Shown here piece after piece: positions 17,319 to 27,260 of a stretch of DNA of 64,000 bases. Source of the stretch: a virus; the IMG/VR virus record IMGVR_UViG_3300029922_000014, positions 1-64,000 of that record. One strand, 5' to 3'. The notes beneath the pieces were generated by a model. The model saw nothing but the letters and a program-made list of their open reading frames with translations. It had not been told where the DNA came from and did not search any database. How positions within the stretch are numbered: the first letter of the stretch is position 1; each line of letters starts with the position of its first letter. The position numbers and the translations under genes are program-made.

Positions 17319-20300
17319 TCAAGCGAACTGGGACAGGTAAGACATCGCCTGTATCAGTTCGGTAGGCGTCAGTTCGCGCTGATATATCACCACGGCGCTG
17401 ACCAAACCAAAGAATGGATCGGCCCCCGATGAGTTCGTCAGATCGAGGTTTCCGACAACAACACGTCCACTGCTGGTATGTGACGGCCCATAGCCAGCAG
17501 AAGCCGCGGTGTCGCCCGCTTGCTGCACAGTCAGCGTTCCGGAACCCTGCACGCCGTATATGACAGTCGGGGTATTTGCAGCGGTCACAGACGGGGTTGG
17601 CGCACTCTGCCCATCCACCATGTAGTCGGTTTCTATGAAAGTCGAAGGCGAATTGAACCCAGCCGTTATTTGAGCGATGAATTGCCCACTGATAAGATCA
17701 CCGGCCCAGACGAGGATGTTATTACCGATTGACGGCGACGCGGTCGATTCAAATACGGCCAGAATCGTAAAGCCAGTGGTCGACAACGGCACGGCCGTCG
17801 AAGCGCTTGTCAATCCGGTCCCGGTCGCAAATCCACCAACGGCGTCATTGCCGCCGATGGATCCGAGGGTGAGGGCACCGACAGCGGTTAGATCATTGCC
17901 ATTCCCGGACAGGTCGTTCCAGCCCGTGACAACACCAAGGGAGGAAACGATCGAAGCCGGTGTCAGCAGGAGTGCTGCGCCTGATGGCAGTGACGCCACC
18001 CCGTTTGTACCGCTACCCACGATGGTGGCAGCGGCAGCTTGGAGTGTTCCGGTGCTCTCTGTCTCGTTAACGCTTCCGGTTCCAGACACCGTAGCCGCCT
18101 GTGCGCTCATAGCGCCAGCGTTCAAGACAGCGCCGGACATCGTGGCGGATTGCGCCTGAATAGTTCCAACCACCTCGGGACGTCCAGGGGCGGAGACGAT
18201 CCCAAATCGGGCAAGAATGTACGCGCGAACCGCCGCAGGATCCTGGGAAGGCGGATAGATAAGAACTTCTGTGACTGTTCCGTGGAAGAAATCACTTGGC
18301 GTCAGTTGGTCGGAACCGATCCATACTCCCAGGGTCGTGCCGTGGCCATCGCCATAAGTCCACACAGCCGATTGTTCGCCATCACTGTTCAGCTTACACG
18401 TGATGTTGGTAAGGGGGTTAAAACCACCGTCGACAAGGACCAGTTGCGAGAGCGGAACGACGTCAGCCGAATCGGCCTCGGTTCCGCCGGATCCATAAAC
18501 GCCAGCAGTGTGTCTGGCCTTACCCGAAGTCCCCGCGTCACCGACGCGCATAGAGACGCCCAGCACACTCGGATCGGTTCTTCCGTCAGCCCCCAATACG
18601 ACGTTACTTGCGCTGTATGCATTCAAAGTGCAAACGACATAGATATGCCACCCGTCCGCATCCTGGAAATTGTACGGAAGGGCCACCCGACTGGCGGAGT
18701 CAAACCCGCCCACATATGTGATGCCTCCCCCGGTGACGGCATTCAGGGTTCCTGTGCCAACACCATTGTTTCCGTTTCCTGACGAATCCGGCCAATTGAT
18801 GGTAGACCCTGACGGAACAGCGGTTCCGCTCCGCAGCCATACGAGCATCCCAGGTGGCGGGGTGGCTGTGATGGGGGTGGTGATGACAAACTGTTCGTCA
18901 AGGTACGCCGCGTCAGGAGCCAACGGCGACGGAACGTTCAGGTCAGTGTCGAACCACGCAACGTCAACATGGGCAGGCAGCACACCGAATTGGAGGTCGT
19001 TGGCGATCTGTTTTTTAATCGCCAGCATGGCTGCGGATGCCTGCGGGGTCAAAGCGACCGCCAAGGGGCTTCCATCAGGGTTGTTGAGGTGAATAGCAAC
19101 CCGGCTGGAGGGGAAGAAGATCGGAATCCGCTTCGACCAGTACCCATGGAAGTACTCACGATAGCGATCACCGAAGGTAGTAACCGTGATGGTTCCGCTG
19201 ACCGCGCCAGGATCACCGCTGGCACCAAACTGATAAGTGAAAACGGTGGGGCTGATGACGCTGACCGTAAACTTGCCATTATAGGCAGCCGGGGAAGCGC
19301 CATCAATTGCAACGGTCTGTCCCGACATCAAACCGTGAACCGGGTTTACGATGATTGACCCCGTAACCACCCCAGGATCTGTGGCTGCTGCAAAAACGTA
19401 GGTGAACGTGGTCGGTCCGGTAACGGCGACCAAATAATTTCCGTTGTAGGCAATTGGCGTCGCCCCGCTGATCGCAGCCGTTTGTCCTGACGTCAAACCG
19501 TGAGCAGACGTCGTCGTAACCGTTGCAGTGACCACGCCAGACGCGAATGCGCTCGTAATTCCGGAAACCGCAATAGAGGCAACCGTCACTGTTGCAGTGA
19601 CCATGGCAGATGCAAACGTGCGCGTGATTCCGGAACTCGGAAACGTGGCAAACGCGCGCGTACCATAAGCCGTAGATGACGTAACCTGATTGCGAATCGG
19701 CGGCCCGAAGGTCTTGAACGCGGTGATGTTGGTGACGGTCAGCAGCGAACCATAGATCGTGGTGAGGGCCGCGATGAAGTTTGCAACCGTGGTCGCCAGC
19801 GTCGCGTTGATCTGCACCTGCGGAGCAGTCGCGGATCCGGCGATGAAGGTAAAGGCGACAGCACCAAGTTCAAAGATCGTACCGGTGACTGCACCGGGGT
19901 CGACCCCCAACACGAAGGTATAGGTGAAGGTGTTCGCGCCGGTGACGGTGATGACGAATGCGCCGTTGTAGCTCGACGGGAGGGCGCCGCTGATCTGAAC
20001 GCTGGTTCCGGTTACCAATCCGTGCGGCGTCACGGTAGTGACGGTCGCAGTGACTGTTTCCGCCGCATAGGATCTGGTGATGCCAGAAACGGAAACCGGC
20101 AGCGTGATTGACACGATGTCATTCACCGCCGGGTTTGCCTGATTCTGAAAGACCACATACCCCGTGGCTTGATTGTACAAATCGGCGCCATCCATTCCAA
20201 ACGGACCGATAACGGATCCAGTCGCGGTGATCGGAACGTTGAGCAGCGTAGACGGGGTTCCGACCGCGGTGACCAATTCGATGGTCGGATCACCAGGATC

Positions 20301-21071
20301 GACCCACACCTCAGTAGCGTAGCCGAGATAGCCGAAGTCACTCAAACGCGTGACGACGCTGGACGGCAAGCCCTTCTGCTTCCACACGGAAACGATGTTC
20401 TTGACCTTGGACCGCTGAACGGTCAGCGGATCTGAGGTGTCGAGTGCGAGCCCATAATTGGCTGCCAGCGAGATGAGGTTCTGCGGCGCGCACTGATACG
20501 CGTCGTATTGCTGACGAATGATGTCGTTGTCGTACTGCCATTCGGTCAAACAGGCGCCGACCACCTTCAGGTAGTAGAGCAGCACCTTGTCGGGGTCGAA
20601 GATGGAGAACAACGCCATGCCAGCGTAAGCCCGTTCAGGCATCGACGCATACGCCTGCCAGGAGTAGACCGCGGTGTCATAGGCGTACTCGAAGCGCCAC
20701 ATCCCTTCGAGCGGCACCACCCAAACGGTCTCCCACAAAACCGGTTGGCGGAAGGAATAATAAATCTGGCTGTTCGGCCCCAGGTTCTTTGTTCCGATGG
20801 CGTTCGGCGCAGCGCCCTGATCAAAGAAGGCATCTCCGATATTCTCAGAAAACAGTGGAGAGACCACGAACGCTTGTCCAACCTGCAACGCGAACGTGTC
20901 AGTGGCATCCATGACGTCGACGGCGTAAACCAAAAGCGGAAACGACGGGCGATACCCGGTCGTGTCGTAGTAGGATTCTTTGGTTGCCGTCGGAGGACGA
21001 CTGACCGTGAACTCTGCGGTCAGCAGCGCAACGGGCTGAATCGGACTTGGCGTCTCAATGGTCGTGGTCAT
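17319..21071 (-). CDS. baseplate wedge protein (P2 gpI/T4 gp7-like core) with inserted repeat domains and two LamG-like C-terminal domains
   Basis: L..LA.NYG...R..VK.IV..WK.KG core; WPDSSGNGNN and WNDLSGNGND LamG-type starts. Confidence 0.7.
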   Translation of the reverse strand: MTTTIETPSPIQPVALLTAEFTVSRPPTATKESYYDTTGYRPSFPLLVYAVDVMDATDTFALQVGQAFVVSPLFSENIGDAFFDQGAAPNAIGTKNLGPNSQIYYSFRQPVLWETVWVVPLEGMWRFEYAYDTAVYSWQAYASMPERAYAGMALFSIFDPDKVLLYYLKVVGACLTEWQYDNDIIRQQYDAYQCAPQNLISLAANYGLALDTSDPLTVQRSKVKNIVSVWKQKGLPSSVVTRLSDFGYLGYATEVWVDPGDPTIELVTAVGTPSTLLNVPITATGSVIGPFGMDGADLYNQATGYVVFQNQANPAVNDIVSITLPVSVSGITRSYAAETVTATVTTVTPHGLVTGTSVQISGALPSSYNGAFVITVTGANTFTYTFVLGVDPGAVTGTIFELGAVAFTFIAGSATAPQVQINATLATTVANFIAALTTIYGSLLTVTNITAFKTFGPPIRNQVTSSTAYGTRAFATFPSSGITRTFASAMVTATVTVASIAVSGITSAFASGVVTATVTTTSAHGLTSGQTAAISGATPIAYNGNYLVAVTGPTTFTYVFAAATDPGVVTGSIIVNPVHGLMSGQTVAIDGASPAAYNGKFTVSVISPTVFTYQFGASGDPGAVSGTITVTTFGDRYREYFHGYWSKRIPIFFPSSRVAIHLNNPDGSPLAVALTPQASAAMLAIKKQIANDLQFGVLPAHVDVAWFDTDLNVPSPLAPDAAYLDEQFVITTPITATPPPGMLVWLRSGTAVPSGSTINWPDSSGNGNNGVGTGTLNAVTGGGITYVGGFDSASRVALPYNFQDADGWHIYVVCTLNAYSASNVVLGADGRTDPSVLGVSMRVGDAGTSGKARHTAGVYGSGGTEADSADVVPLSQLVLVDGGFNPLTNITCKLNSDGEQSAVWTYGDGHGTTLGVWIGSDQLTPSDFFHGTVTEVLIYPPSQDPAAVRAYILARFGIVSAPGRPEVVGTIQAQSATMSGAVLNAGAMSAQAATVSGTGSVNETESTGTLQAAAATIVGSGTNGVASLPSGAALLLTPASIVSSLGVVTGWNDLSGNGNDLTAVGALTLGSIGGNDAVGGFATGTGLTSASTAVPLSTTGFTILAVFESTASPSIGNNILVWAGDLISGQFIAQITAGFNSPSTFIETDYMVDGQSAPTPSVTAANTPTVIYGVQGSGTLTVQQAGDTAASAGYGPSHTSSGRVVVGNLDLTNSSGADPFFGLVSAVVIYQRELTPTELIQAMSYLSQFA
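20106..20123. promoter_or_regulatory. Dispersed palindrome (in CDS, encodes NDIVSI)
   Basis: GATTGACACGATGTCATT. Confidence 0.85.
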
Positions 21072-21075
21072 CGGA

Positions 21076-21714
21076 TCAGGACTGCTGAATGGTCAGGAGA
21101 TGGACTTGCAGGGTTCCCAGGTTCGGAACGGTCAGCGGAGCAGCAAATGCCCACCACGCCAACACGTTGCCGCCGACATCGGTGAGGTACGCTCCGGCGA
21201 CATTCGGGATGGTTCCCCCAGAAGCGCTCCAGGACTGATCAGCCAGCACGATCTGCTGCCCGCTCGCACCCTGGGACACCGTCCAGTTCGCCTTGGTGAT
21301 CGGGATGCCGCCGGTGGTATATCCATTCCCTGAAGCGACTTCGACGAATCCCTGTCCATTGATCTGCGGGGTTGACGAGGTTTGGTAGAGGCGCAACGCC
21401 ACCGCGTTGTTTGCGATACCGCCAGTGCCGATCGGGATGGCAGTTATGGTTCCGGTGGCTGGGCTTGAACCACCGACAAAGGTATAGGTGAAGGTGCTGG
21501 CGCCAGTGACGGTGATGACGAAGTAACCGTTATAGGCATCCGGCGCCGCGCCATTGATCGCCACAACAGCGCCATTGGAGAGCCCGTGCGGTGAACTCGT
21601 GGTGGCCGTTGCGGTCGTTCCCGATGAAGTGAGGCTGGTTATCGAAAGCGTCGGAGCAGAAGCTGCACCGAAGAGCGCCGAAACCTGACCTGCGTATGTG
21701 AGACTGTTGGCCAT
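21076..21714 (-). CDS. tail/baseplate structural protein with inserted HG..G..V.I.GA.P..YNG domain
   Basis: EVASGNGYTTGG motif of phage fibre-base proteins. Confidence 0.7.
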   Translation of the reverse strand: MANSLTYAGQVSALFGAASAPTLSITSLTSSGTTATATTSSPHGLSNGAVVAINGAAPDAYNGYFVITVTGASTFTYTFVGGSSPATGTITAIPIGTGGIANNAVALRLYQTSSTPQINGQGFVEVASGNGYTTGGIPITKANWTVSQGASGQQIVLADQSWSASGGTIPNVAGAYLTDVGGNVLAWWAFAAPLTVPNLGTLQVHLLTIQQS

Positions 21715-21720
21715 GGATCC

Positions 21721-24456
21721 TCAACCGGCGGTCAGAGTGAAGGAGAGCTTGCGCAGATTGATCGCAGTGGTGATCTGCGTCGGTCCGGTCGCGGAGTCGT
21801 AATAAATCTCGTCGTTGAAGGCATACACCTCGTTGTAGAAGTTCACTGACGAGATGCCACCGGTGGAGATGTCCTGGATCTGCGCATAAGTCAACACGTC
21901 GCCCACCTTGTACCCGCCACCTGGGTTGATCAGCAAGGCGGTGATGGTGCCGGTGACTGCGCCCGGATCGGAAGCGGCTGAGAAGGTATAGGTGAAGGTG
22001 TTCGCGCCGGTCACGGTGATCTGCACCAGTCCGTTATAGACCGACGGCGAAGCGCCGCTGATCAAGACGGATGACCCATTGGCGTATCCGTGCGCCGTCG
22101 CGGTGACAGTCGCAGTGACCACCATGGACGCGAAGGCGCGGGTGATGCCAGAAACGGAGATCGGGAATTGCCCGGGGCGGTAGGCGGAAAGAGGGACACC
22201 GTCGAAGTACGGCGGAGTCGCCGGCACTGCGGTGGGGATTCCGGGCGGTGGCCAGTTGTCGGCCGGCTGCGCACCCACGGGCGAGATGGTGACCGACTGG
22301 TTGATGCGATAGTCGGCGGTGACGTTCGCGTAAACGGCGGTGACCGGTTGGTACAGGATCAGCGGCGGTGAGGTGTTGGCGAAGGTGATCTTCCAAGCGC
22401 CCGTGACATAGTTGATGAAACTGTTGGCAGGTGTCGTATCCACGACGAACGGAGCACCGGTCGGGGTCAGCGGCGATGTGGTAACTGTCCAATTTCCGGA
22501 ACCGTCATCGGTACAGGTGATGGCAGTGCCATTGAGGTACGAGATGCTGACGGTGACGGTACCGGGGCTGATGACACTTCCGGGCAACACGGTCGGGCTC
22601 GACAGGGTTCCAGAAACAAACGTAGGCGAAACCACATCGCCCTGCACTTCTGTTTCGTCTGACAGCGTTCCCAGCGCAATGCGGTCGATGGTGAAGTATT
22701 TGACGCCGAGCACGGTGCGCACGGCGTTGTACAGGTCCGCGATGTGGATCACGAATCCAGTCGATGCCTGGAAAACAGCGATGATCGCAGCCGTGATGTC
22801 CTGATGAACGGTCTGCTTGTTGAATCCAGACGAATAAATCACGGTCGGCATGTAGATGTCGATCCACGTCGTTCCAGGCGTCTGGATGAGGTTCTGCACG
22901 CTGGCCAACGTCCGGGGCGTGAGAAAGTCCTGAAGCGTACCGATCAGATCGGATTGAGGCTGCGTGTATTCGAGGTAGGGAACCGTCGAGAAAAAGCCGT
23001 CGGTGGAACGTGCGGTGAACTGGACCGTTTGCGTGGTCCACACGCTCAAGCTGATGACGTTGGATTGATACGACGAGATGTACCGGTCCGCGAAGATCAG
23101 GTCGATGCCGGGAACCTGAAGCGGAACGGTGTCATAATCTTGGAGGCTGATGATCTTGTTCTGACTGCGAATGTACGCCGGAACATTGACCCGCATCTGA
23201 TCGAGAGTTTCGCGATCGGCTCCGCCTTGAGCGGCACCGACGTACACGACGGCGCTGGGGTCAGCCGGGTTGACGTTGTAGTAGTTTGCGGTCACAGGAC
23301 CACCAGCCGTGAATGCGGCTGCCAACGTGACCGACCACGCACCGGTGGAATACACGACTGTCGCCGCGGTTACCGCGATGCCCGTGGTGTTGTTGATCAC
23401 GGTCATGGTGCCATCGCCGGCATCCTGCAACTGCAAGGTACCGCCACCGGAGAGCAGGTTGAAGGTCAGTGCAAGGCTGCCCGACTGGACCGGCTTGAAC
23501 GACGTGGCGCCGGTCTGAATGGTGCCAGCGCTGGTCACGCCCTGAGGCTCATTCGACTGGAATTGAGTGCCGCCGGTGGTGGTAAGGTCCACTGACTGGT
23601 TGATGAAGGAAACGGTGACCGACCCGGTTCCAGGCGACGCGAGCGCAGCCGATATGGTTCCGGAAATGCTCCCGACCGCGGCATTGCCAGCGGCACCAGA
23701 GCAGGTTCGGTAGGGGAGGGTAACGGTCTGGGTCGGAATCGCGCCTTTCGAGCCATCACCGAACTGGATGTTCAACCGGCCCATGCCATCGAAAGAAGCC
23801 TGATAGCTGTTCGATGGTCCGTTCAGCAGCGCGAGGTTGTCCACCTGCGTCCACAGGTTTGCTGGGTTGCTGGGGTCACCGACGTAAACGCTCCAGGAGC
23901 CATCCTCGACGATGAACTTCGACCCAATGATCACCTGGGACGGTTGCGTGCTGGGAGTGAACTGTTCGGTGTAGCTGGTGCCTTCCGTGACGGTCAAGGA
24001 GATGACAGAGGTTCCCGGTGCAATCACCGCGTCGGAGAGCAATTGATAGGTCAGTCCGTTGGACCCGACAATCTGAGATCCGGCCGGAATGGTACCGCCA
24101 TAGGCCACCAGCGACGCGGGAACGGCAACGGAGGTGAGGATGGCTTCGGCGGCGGCGGCGCCGGCCGGCACGTATCCAACGGACGACGCAAACAGGAGGC
24201 CCGATTCATACCGGCGGGCGCTGGACAGAAAAATCTCGATGACCGCAGCGTCCTGTCCGGCGGAGACAAGGTCACCGACAAGGCCGAGTTGTTCGATCAG
24301 CCACTGGCCTAAGTTGGTCTCAAAGAAGTCGGACCATACGCCTGAACGGGTCTGACGGACGATGGTCACCAGTTCGTTCACGATCGACGCGTAGTCGCGC
24401 CCGGTGAAGCTCAGGCGCTGAGGGATCGCAAGTTGGGCGAGGACGGGATCGACCAT
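21721..24456 (-). CDS. baseplate wedge protein (T4 gp6/P2 gpJ-like)
   Basis: FTGRDY..I, WSDFFETNLG, FGDG..GAIP, GGADRET, ISLQDY motifs. Confidence 0.9.
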   Translation of the reverse strand: MVDPVLAQLAIPQRLSFTGRDYASIVNELVTIVRQTRSGVWSDFFETNLGQWLIEQLGLVGDLVSAGQDAAVIEIFLSSARRYESGLLFASSVGYVPAGAAAAEAILTSVAVPASLVAYGGTIPAGSQIVGSNGLTYQLLSDAVIAPGTSVISLTVTEGTSYTEQFTPSTQPSQVIIGSKFIVEDGSWSVYVGDPSNPANLWTQVDNLALLNGPSNSYQASFDGMGRLNIQFGDGSKGAIPTQTVTLPYRTCSGAAGNAAVGSISGTISAALASPGTGSVTVSFINQSVDLTTTGGTQFQSNEPQGVTSAGTIQTGATSFKPVQSGSLALTFNLLSGGGTLQLQDAGDGTMTVINNTTGIAVTAATVVYSTGAWSVTLAAAFTAGGPVTANYYNVNPADPSAVVYVGAAQGGADRETLDQMRVNVPAYIRSQNKIISLQDYDTVPLQVPGIDLIFADRYISSYQSNVISLSVWTTQTVQFTARSTDGFFSTVPYLEYTQPQSDLIGTLQDFLTPRTLASVQNLIQTPGTTWIDIYMPTVIYSSGFNKQTVHQDITAAIIAVFQASTGFVIHIADLYNAVRTVLGVKYFTIDRIALGTLSDETEVQGDVVSPTFVSGTLSSPTVLPGSVISPGTVTVSISYLNGTAITCTDDGSGNWTVTTSPLTPTGAPFVVDTTPANSFINYVTGAWKITFANTSPPLILYQPVTAVYANVTADYRINQSVTISPVGAQPADNWPPPGIPTAVPATPPYFDGVPLSAYRPGQFPISVSGITRAFASMVVTATVTATAHGYANGSSVLISGASPSVYNGLVQITVTGANTFTYTFSAASDPGAVTGTITALLINPGGGYKVGDVLTYAQIQDISTGGISSVNFYNEVYAFNDEIYYDSATGPTQITTAINLRKLSFTLTAG

Positions 24457-24457
24457 G

Positions 24458-24901
24458 TTATTGTATCGCACCAAGGATTTGGATGAAGTCGGGGATGAGG
24501 ATGAAGGGGGTCTGGCCCTGAACGCTGACCGCGCGATTCGAGGCCAGCGAGAAGTTCACCAGGAGTTGGATCTTGTTCTGCTGAGACTGCGTGTTGATCG
24601 CATTGATGACAATATGCGGGCACCAGCGTGCAGCCGCAGCGCGGATCGCGGTCATGGCCTGTTGGTTGGTCGAAAGGCTGCGCGGGTCGAACACGGTGCG
24701 GCTCAAAGCGGAACCGAAGGAGCGATTCATCGCACGCCCGGTCAACGGGGTCATGATCGCCATCAGAAAGTCGGACCATGCGATCTGGTACTGGTTCTTG
24801 ACGGCAAAGTAGCCGCCAAGCGAATACACGGGCAGTCCAAAACCTTGCAGTTCCTGCTGAACGACAGCCACAGATTGTGTTGGTCCGTAGGAGGTTGCCA
24901 C
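24458..24901 (-). CDS. baseplate wedge/sheath initiator (T4 gp25/P2 gpW-like)
   Basis: T..G.R.MN.SFGS.L...FDP...RWCP.I motif. Confidence 0.85.
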   Translation of the reverse strand: MATSYGPTQSVAVVQQELQGFGLPVYSLGGYFAVKNQYQIAWSDFLMAIMTPLTGRAMNRSFGSALSRTVFDPRSLSTNQQAMTAIRAAAARWCPHIVINAINTQSQQNKIQLLVNFSLASNRAVSVQGQTPFILIPDFIQILGAIQ

Positions 24902-24910
24902 GAGGGGACT

Positions 24911-25273
24911 CTAGGCTTCCGACAAGCCGCCGGAAGAGCACTTCACGGAAAGGACTGGATTTGGCGGATCCTGGATTGACAGCGTGTCAATTGCAGGTGC
25001 GTCCGCCAACGATTGACACGCTGTCAATCGCGCCTTGCAGTCCTTGAGGTGGTGCGACTTCCTAATGACGTCGGGTCCGAGCAGCATGTCGTGGTCGAGC
25101 ATCATGATCAGTGTGACGGTGCGTCCCAACTCCAGGTTGTTGACCGTTCGGCCACGTAGCAGCATCCGATCGGTGACGTGCTTTGCCCGCAAGCGCCAAC
25201 GGGTCAAGCGCACACGCGCATCGAACCGTGAGCAGATGCAGATCAGAGCGTGAGCGTCAGAAGTTGTTGCCAT
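24911..25273 (-). CDS. hypothetical protein in the baseplate cluster
   Basis: Fills the gap between structural genes; contains two palindromes. Confidence 0.5.
   Translation of the reverse strand: MATTSDAHALICICSRFDARVRLTRWRLRAKHVTDRMLLRGRTVNNLELGRTVTLIMMLDHDMLLGPDVIRKSHHLKDCKARLTACQSLADAPAIDTLSIQDPPNPVLSVKCSSGGLSEA
24974..25029. promoter_or_regulatory. Pair of dispersed palindromes (24974..24992, 25011..25029)
   Basis: GATTGACAGCGTGTCAATT and GATTGACACGCTGTCAATC. Confidence 0.85.
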
Positions 25274-26073
25274 TGAAGGATCTTCGTTTCAGCAGTGGCG
25301 ACACGGGAAACGATCGGCAGCACACTCGGGTCGAGACCCGTCGGAAGCAGCCCGGTGATGTTCCACTGTGTGATCGCCTGGGAGAAGGCGGTGTAGGGGT
25401 AAGACGGGTTGGAGTAAATCTCCGGGCAGACGGCGCGCACATATGCGACGTACCCGACGGTCAGCGGGAACTGGATCGCGAACTCATACGGATCGCCCAG
25501 GAGACGTTGAATCTCGCGCAGGTACCGCTGGATGTATTGGACCACCGTGGCGCTTTGCAGCGCAGCCGTGGTTGCGGCATACTGCGCTTTCACGTTCTTG
25601 ATCATGGCCTGATATTGCGCTTGGAGGGCGTAGTACAGCAGCCGCGGATCGGCCTGCCCGAGCTTGATCGGATTGGTGACTGCCCAAACGCCGGGAAATG
25701 CCGGCGGACTCTGCCCCAGTGTGTTCACGTTGGCGGCATAGACGACGCTGCCGACGTTGACGATCTCACCGGCGCGATACGGGTGGGTGATGCTCCACGG
25801 TCCGCGATAGTTCTGCACGTTGTTTTGGATCGCAATGGCGAGCGGGGTGAGCGGGCAGGTAAGCAATTGGATCAATTCGCTGATGGACGTACCGGGCGGA
25901 CTGGGAATGAGCGCGATCCACGCATCGAGGTTGTCGGTAACGCCGCCGACCACCCCAATGAGAAAACGGTTGAATGAATCGGTGAGGTTTTTGATCGCGT
26001 TGATGCGGTCCAGCACGATCTGAACCTGATTCGCGATGGTGGACAACACGGAGGATGGGCAGTCGCAGGTCAT
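25243..26073 (-). CDS. baseplate-cluster protein with inserted CBM5/12-like module
   Basis: ATGA coupling to the spike gene; RGPWS...Y..GE.V...W. Confidence 0.65.
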   Translation of the reverse strand: MTCDCPSSVLSTIANQVQIVLDRINAIKNLTDSFNRFLIGVVGGVTDNLDAWIALIPSPPGTSISELIQLLTCPLTPLAIAIQNNVQNYRGPWSITHPYRAGEIVNVGSVVYAANVNTLGQSPPAFPGVWAVTNPIKLGQADPRLLYYALQAQYQAMIKNVKAQYAATTAALQSATVVQYIQRYLREIQRLLGDPYEFAIQFPLTVGYVAYVRAVCPEIYSNPSYPYTAFSQAITQWNITGLLPTGLDPSVLPIVSRVATAETKILQWQQLLTLTL

Positions 26074-27260
26074 GACGGTAACACCGGTGTTCCAGTTTCG
26101 CCGCCACCGGTAGTGACGCCGGTGTGGAGGTGGGTGGAGAGGGTGACAGGGGTGATCGCAGTCAAGGCAGTGACGTCGCCGTCGGCGCTAATGGCGCCAG
26201 CAGCGGTCATGTCGCCGTCGGATGTGATATTTCCGGTTGCTGTGATCTGTCCATCAATAGTCAAATCGCCCTTCACGGTGGTCGGTCCGTCCAGTTCGAT
26301 CTCGGGTGAACTGACCGTTGCCTTCGTGGTGGCATTTGCCGTGATGTTTGGGGCGGTTGCGGTGATGTTGCCGGCATCGCTGGTGATGTTGACATTGCCA
26401 ACACCTGTGGCATGGACGTTGGCGTCACCTTGCGCATTGATGTCAACGCGCAGCGTCGGAAGCAGCGGAACGCCGTGGCGCAGCATCGTCCCATACGGAG
26501 CGCCGATCACGACCGTCTGCCCAACGATGTCCACTTCGGGCGTCTGAAAGATCATGGAGGGGTATGGAGCGCCGCCAAAGAATGGCACGTAGCCGCCGAT
26601 GGTGACAAGACCGCCGATCCCGGCAGGACCCTGCGCGTGGATGTCGAGGTCCTTGTTCGAGAGGACTTGGCACAGGCCAATCGGATTGCCGACACCATCA
26701 ATCGCGTCTGCACTCAACAGCGTGGTCGGACCGTGCAGAAAAATGACACCGGTCGAATCGACCTGGAAGCGCGGCGTGGCAAAGACGATCGGTCCTGACG
26801 GGCAGTTGCCGCGGATGGAACCGTCGATCTGAGACATGATCAGTTCGGCGGCGCCGGAAAGGATGCGCACCCATTGCTCATCAGGAAGTTCAGACAGTTC
26901 AACGGTATTCCCGGCGCGGTCGACCCGGCGCCAGCGCTGACGGTTGCGGGCGTAGTCAACGCGCACGTCGGCCGGCACGTCAGGAAGGCCGGCGCTGTTG
27001 GAGATCCACGAACCGACCACAACCGGCATCTGCGGATCGCCTTGCTCGAACTCCACCCAAACCGTATCGCCTTTTACCAGCGGCGGGAAGTCTCCGGCAA
27101 ACTTCGAGGTGAAGCCCATGCACGTTTCGGCCCAAGGCAGATTGCCGATCGGTACGTCGGTGAAGTTGACGTTGATGATTTGAACACGGTAGCGGTACAG
27201 CATGTCGCCGTCACCGACATCCATGATCACGCCGCGATATTTTCCGAAGTATTGTTTCAC
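26070..27260 (-). CDS. baseplate central spike (gp5/gpV/VgrG OB-fold with HxH apex)
   Basis: YFGKYRG, LPWA, GDTVWVEFEQGDP..PVVVG; C-terminal THLHTGV.TGG..TG. Confidence 0.9.
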   Translation of the reverse strand: MKQYFGKYRGVIMDVGDGDMLYRYRVQIINVNFTDVPIGNLPWAETCMGFTSKFAGDFPPLVKGDTVWVEFEQGDPQMPVVVGSWISNSAGLPDVPADVRVDYARNRQRWRRVDRAGNTVELSELPDEQWVRILSGAAELIMSQIDGSIRGNCPSGPIVFATPRFQVDSTGVIFLHGPTTLLSADAIDGVGNPIGLCQVLSNKDLDIHAQGPAGIGGLVTIGGYVPFFGGAPYPSMIFQTPEVDIVGQTVVIGAPYGTMLRHGVPLLPTLRVDINAQGDANVHATGVGNVNITSDAGNITATAPNITANATTKATVSSPEIELDGPTTVKGDLTIDGQITATGNITSDGDMTAAGAISADGDVTALTAITPVTLSTHLHTGVTTGGGETGTPVLPS

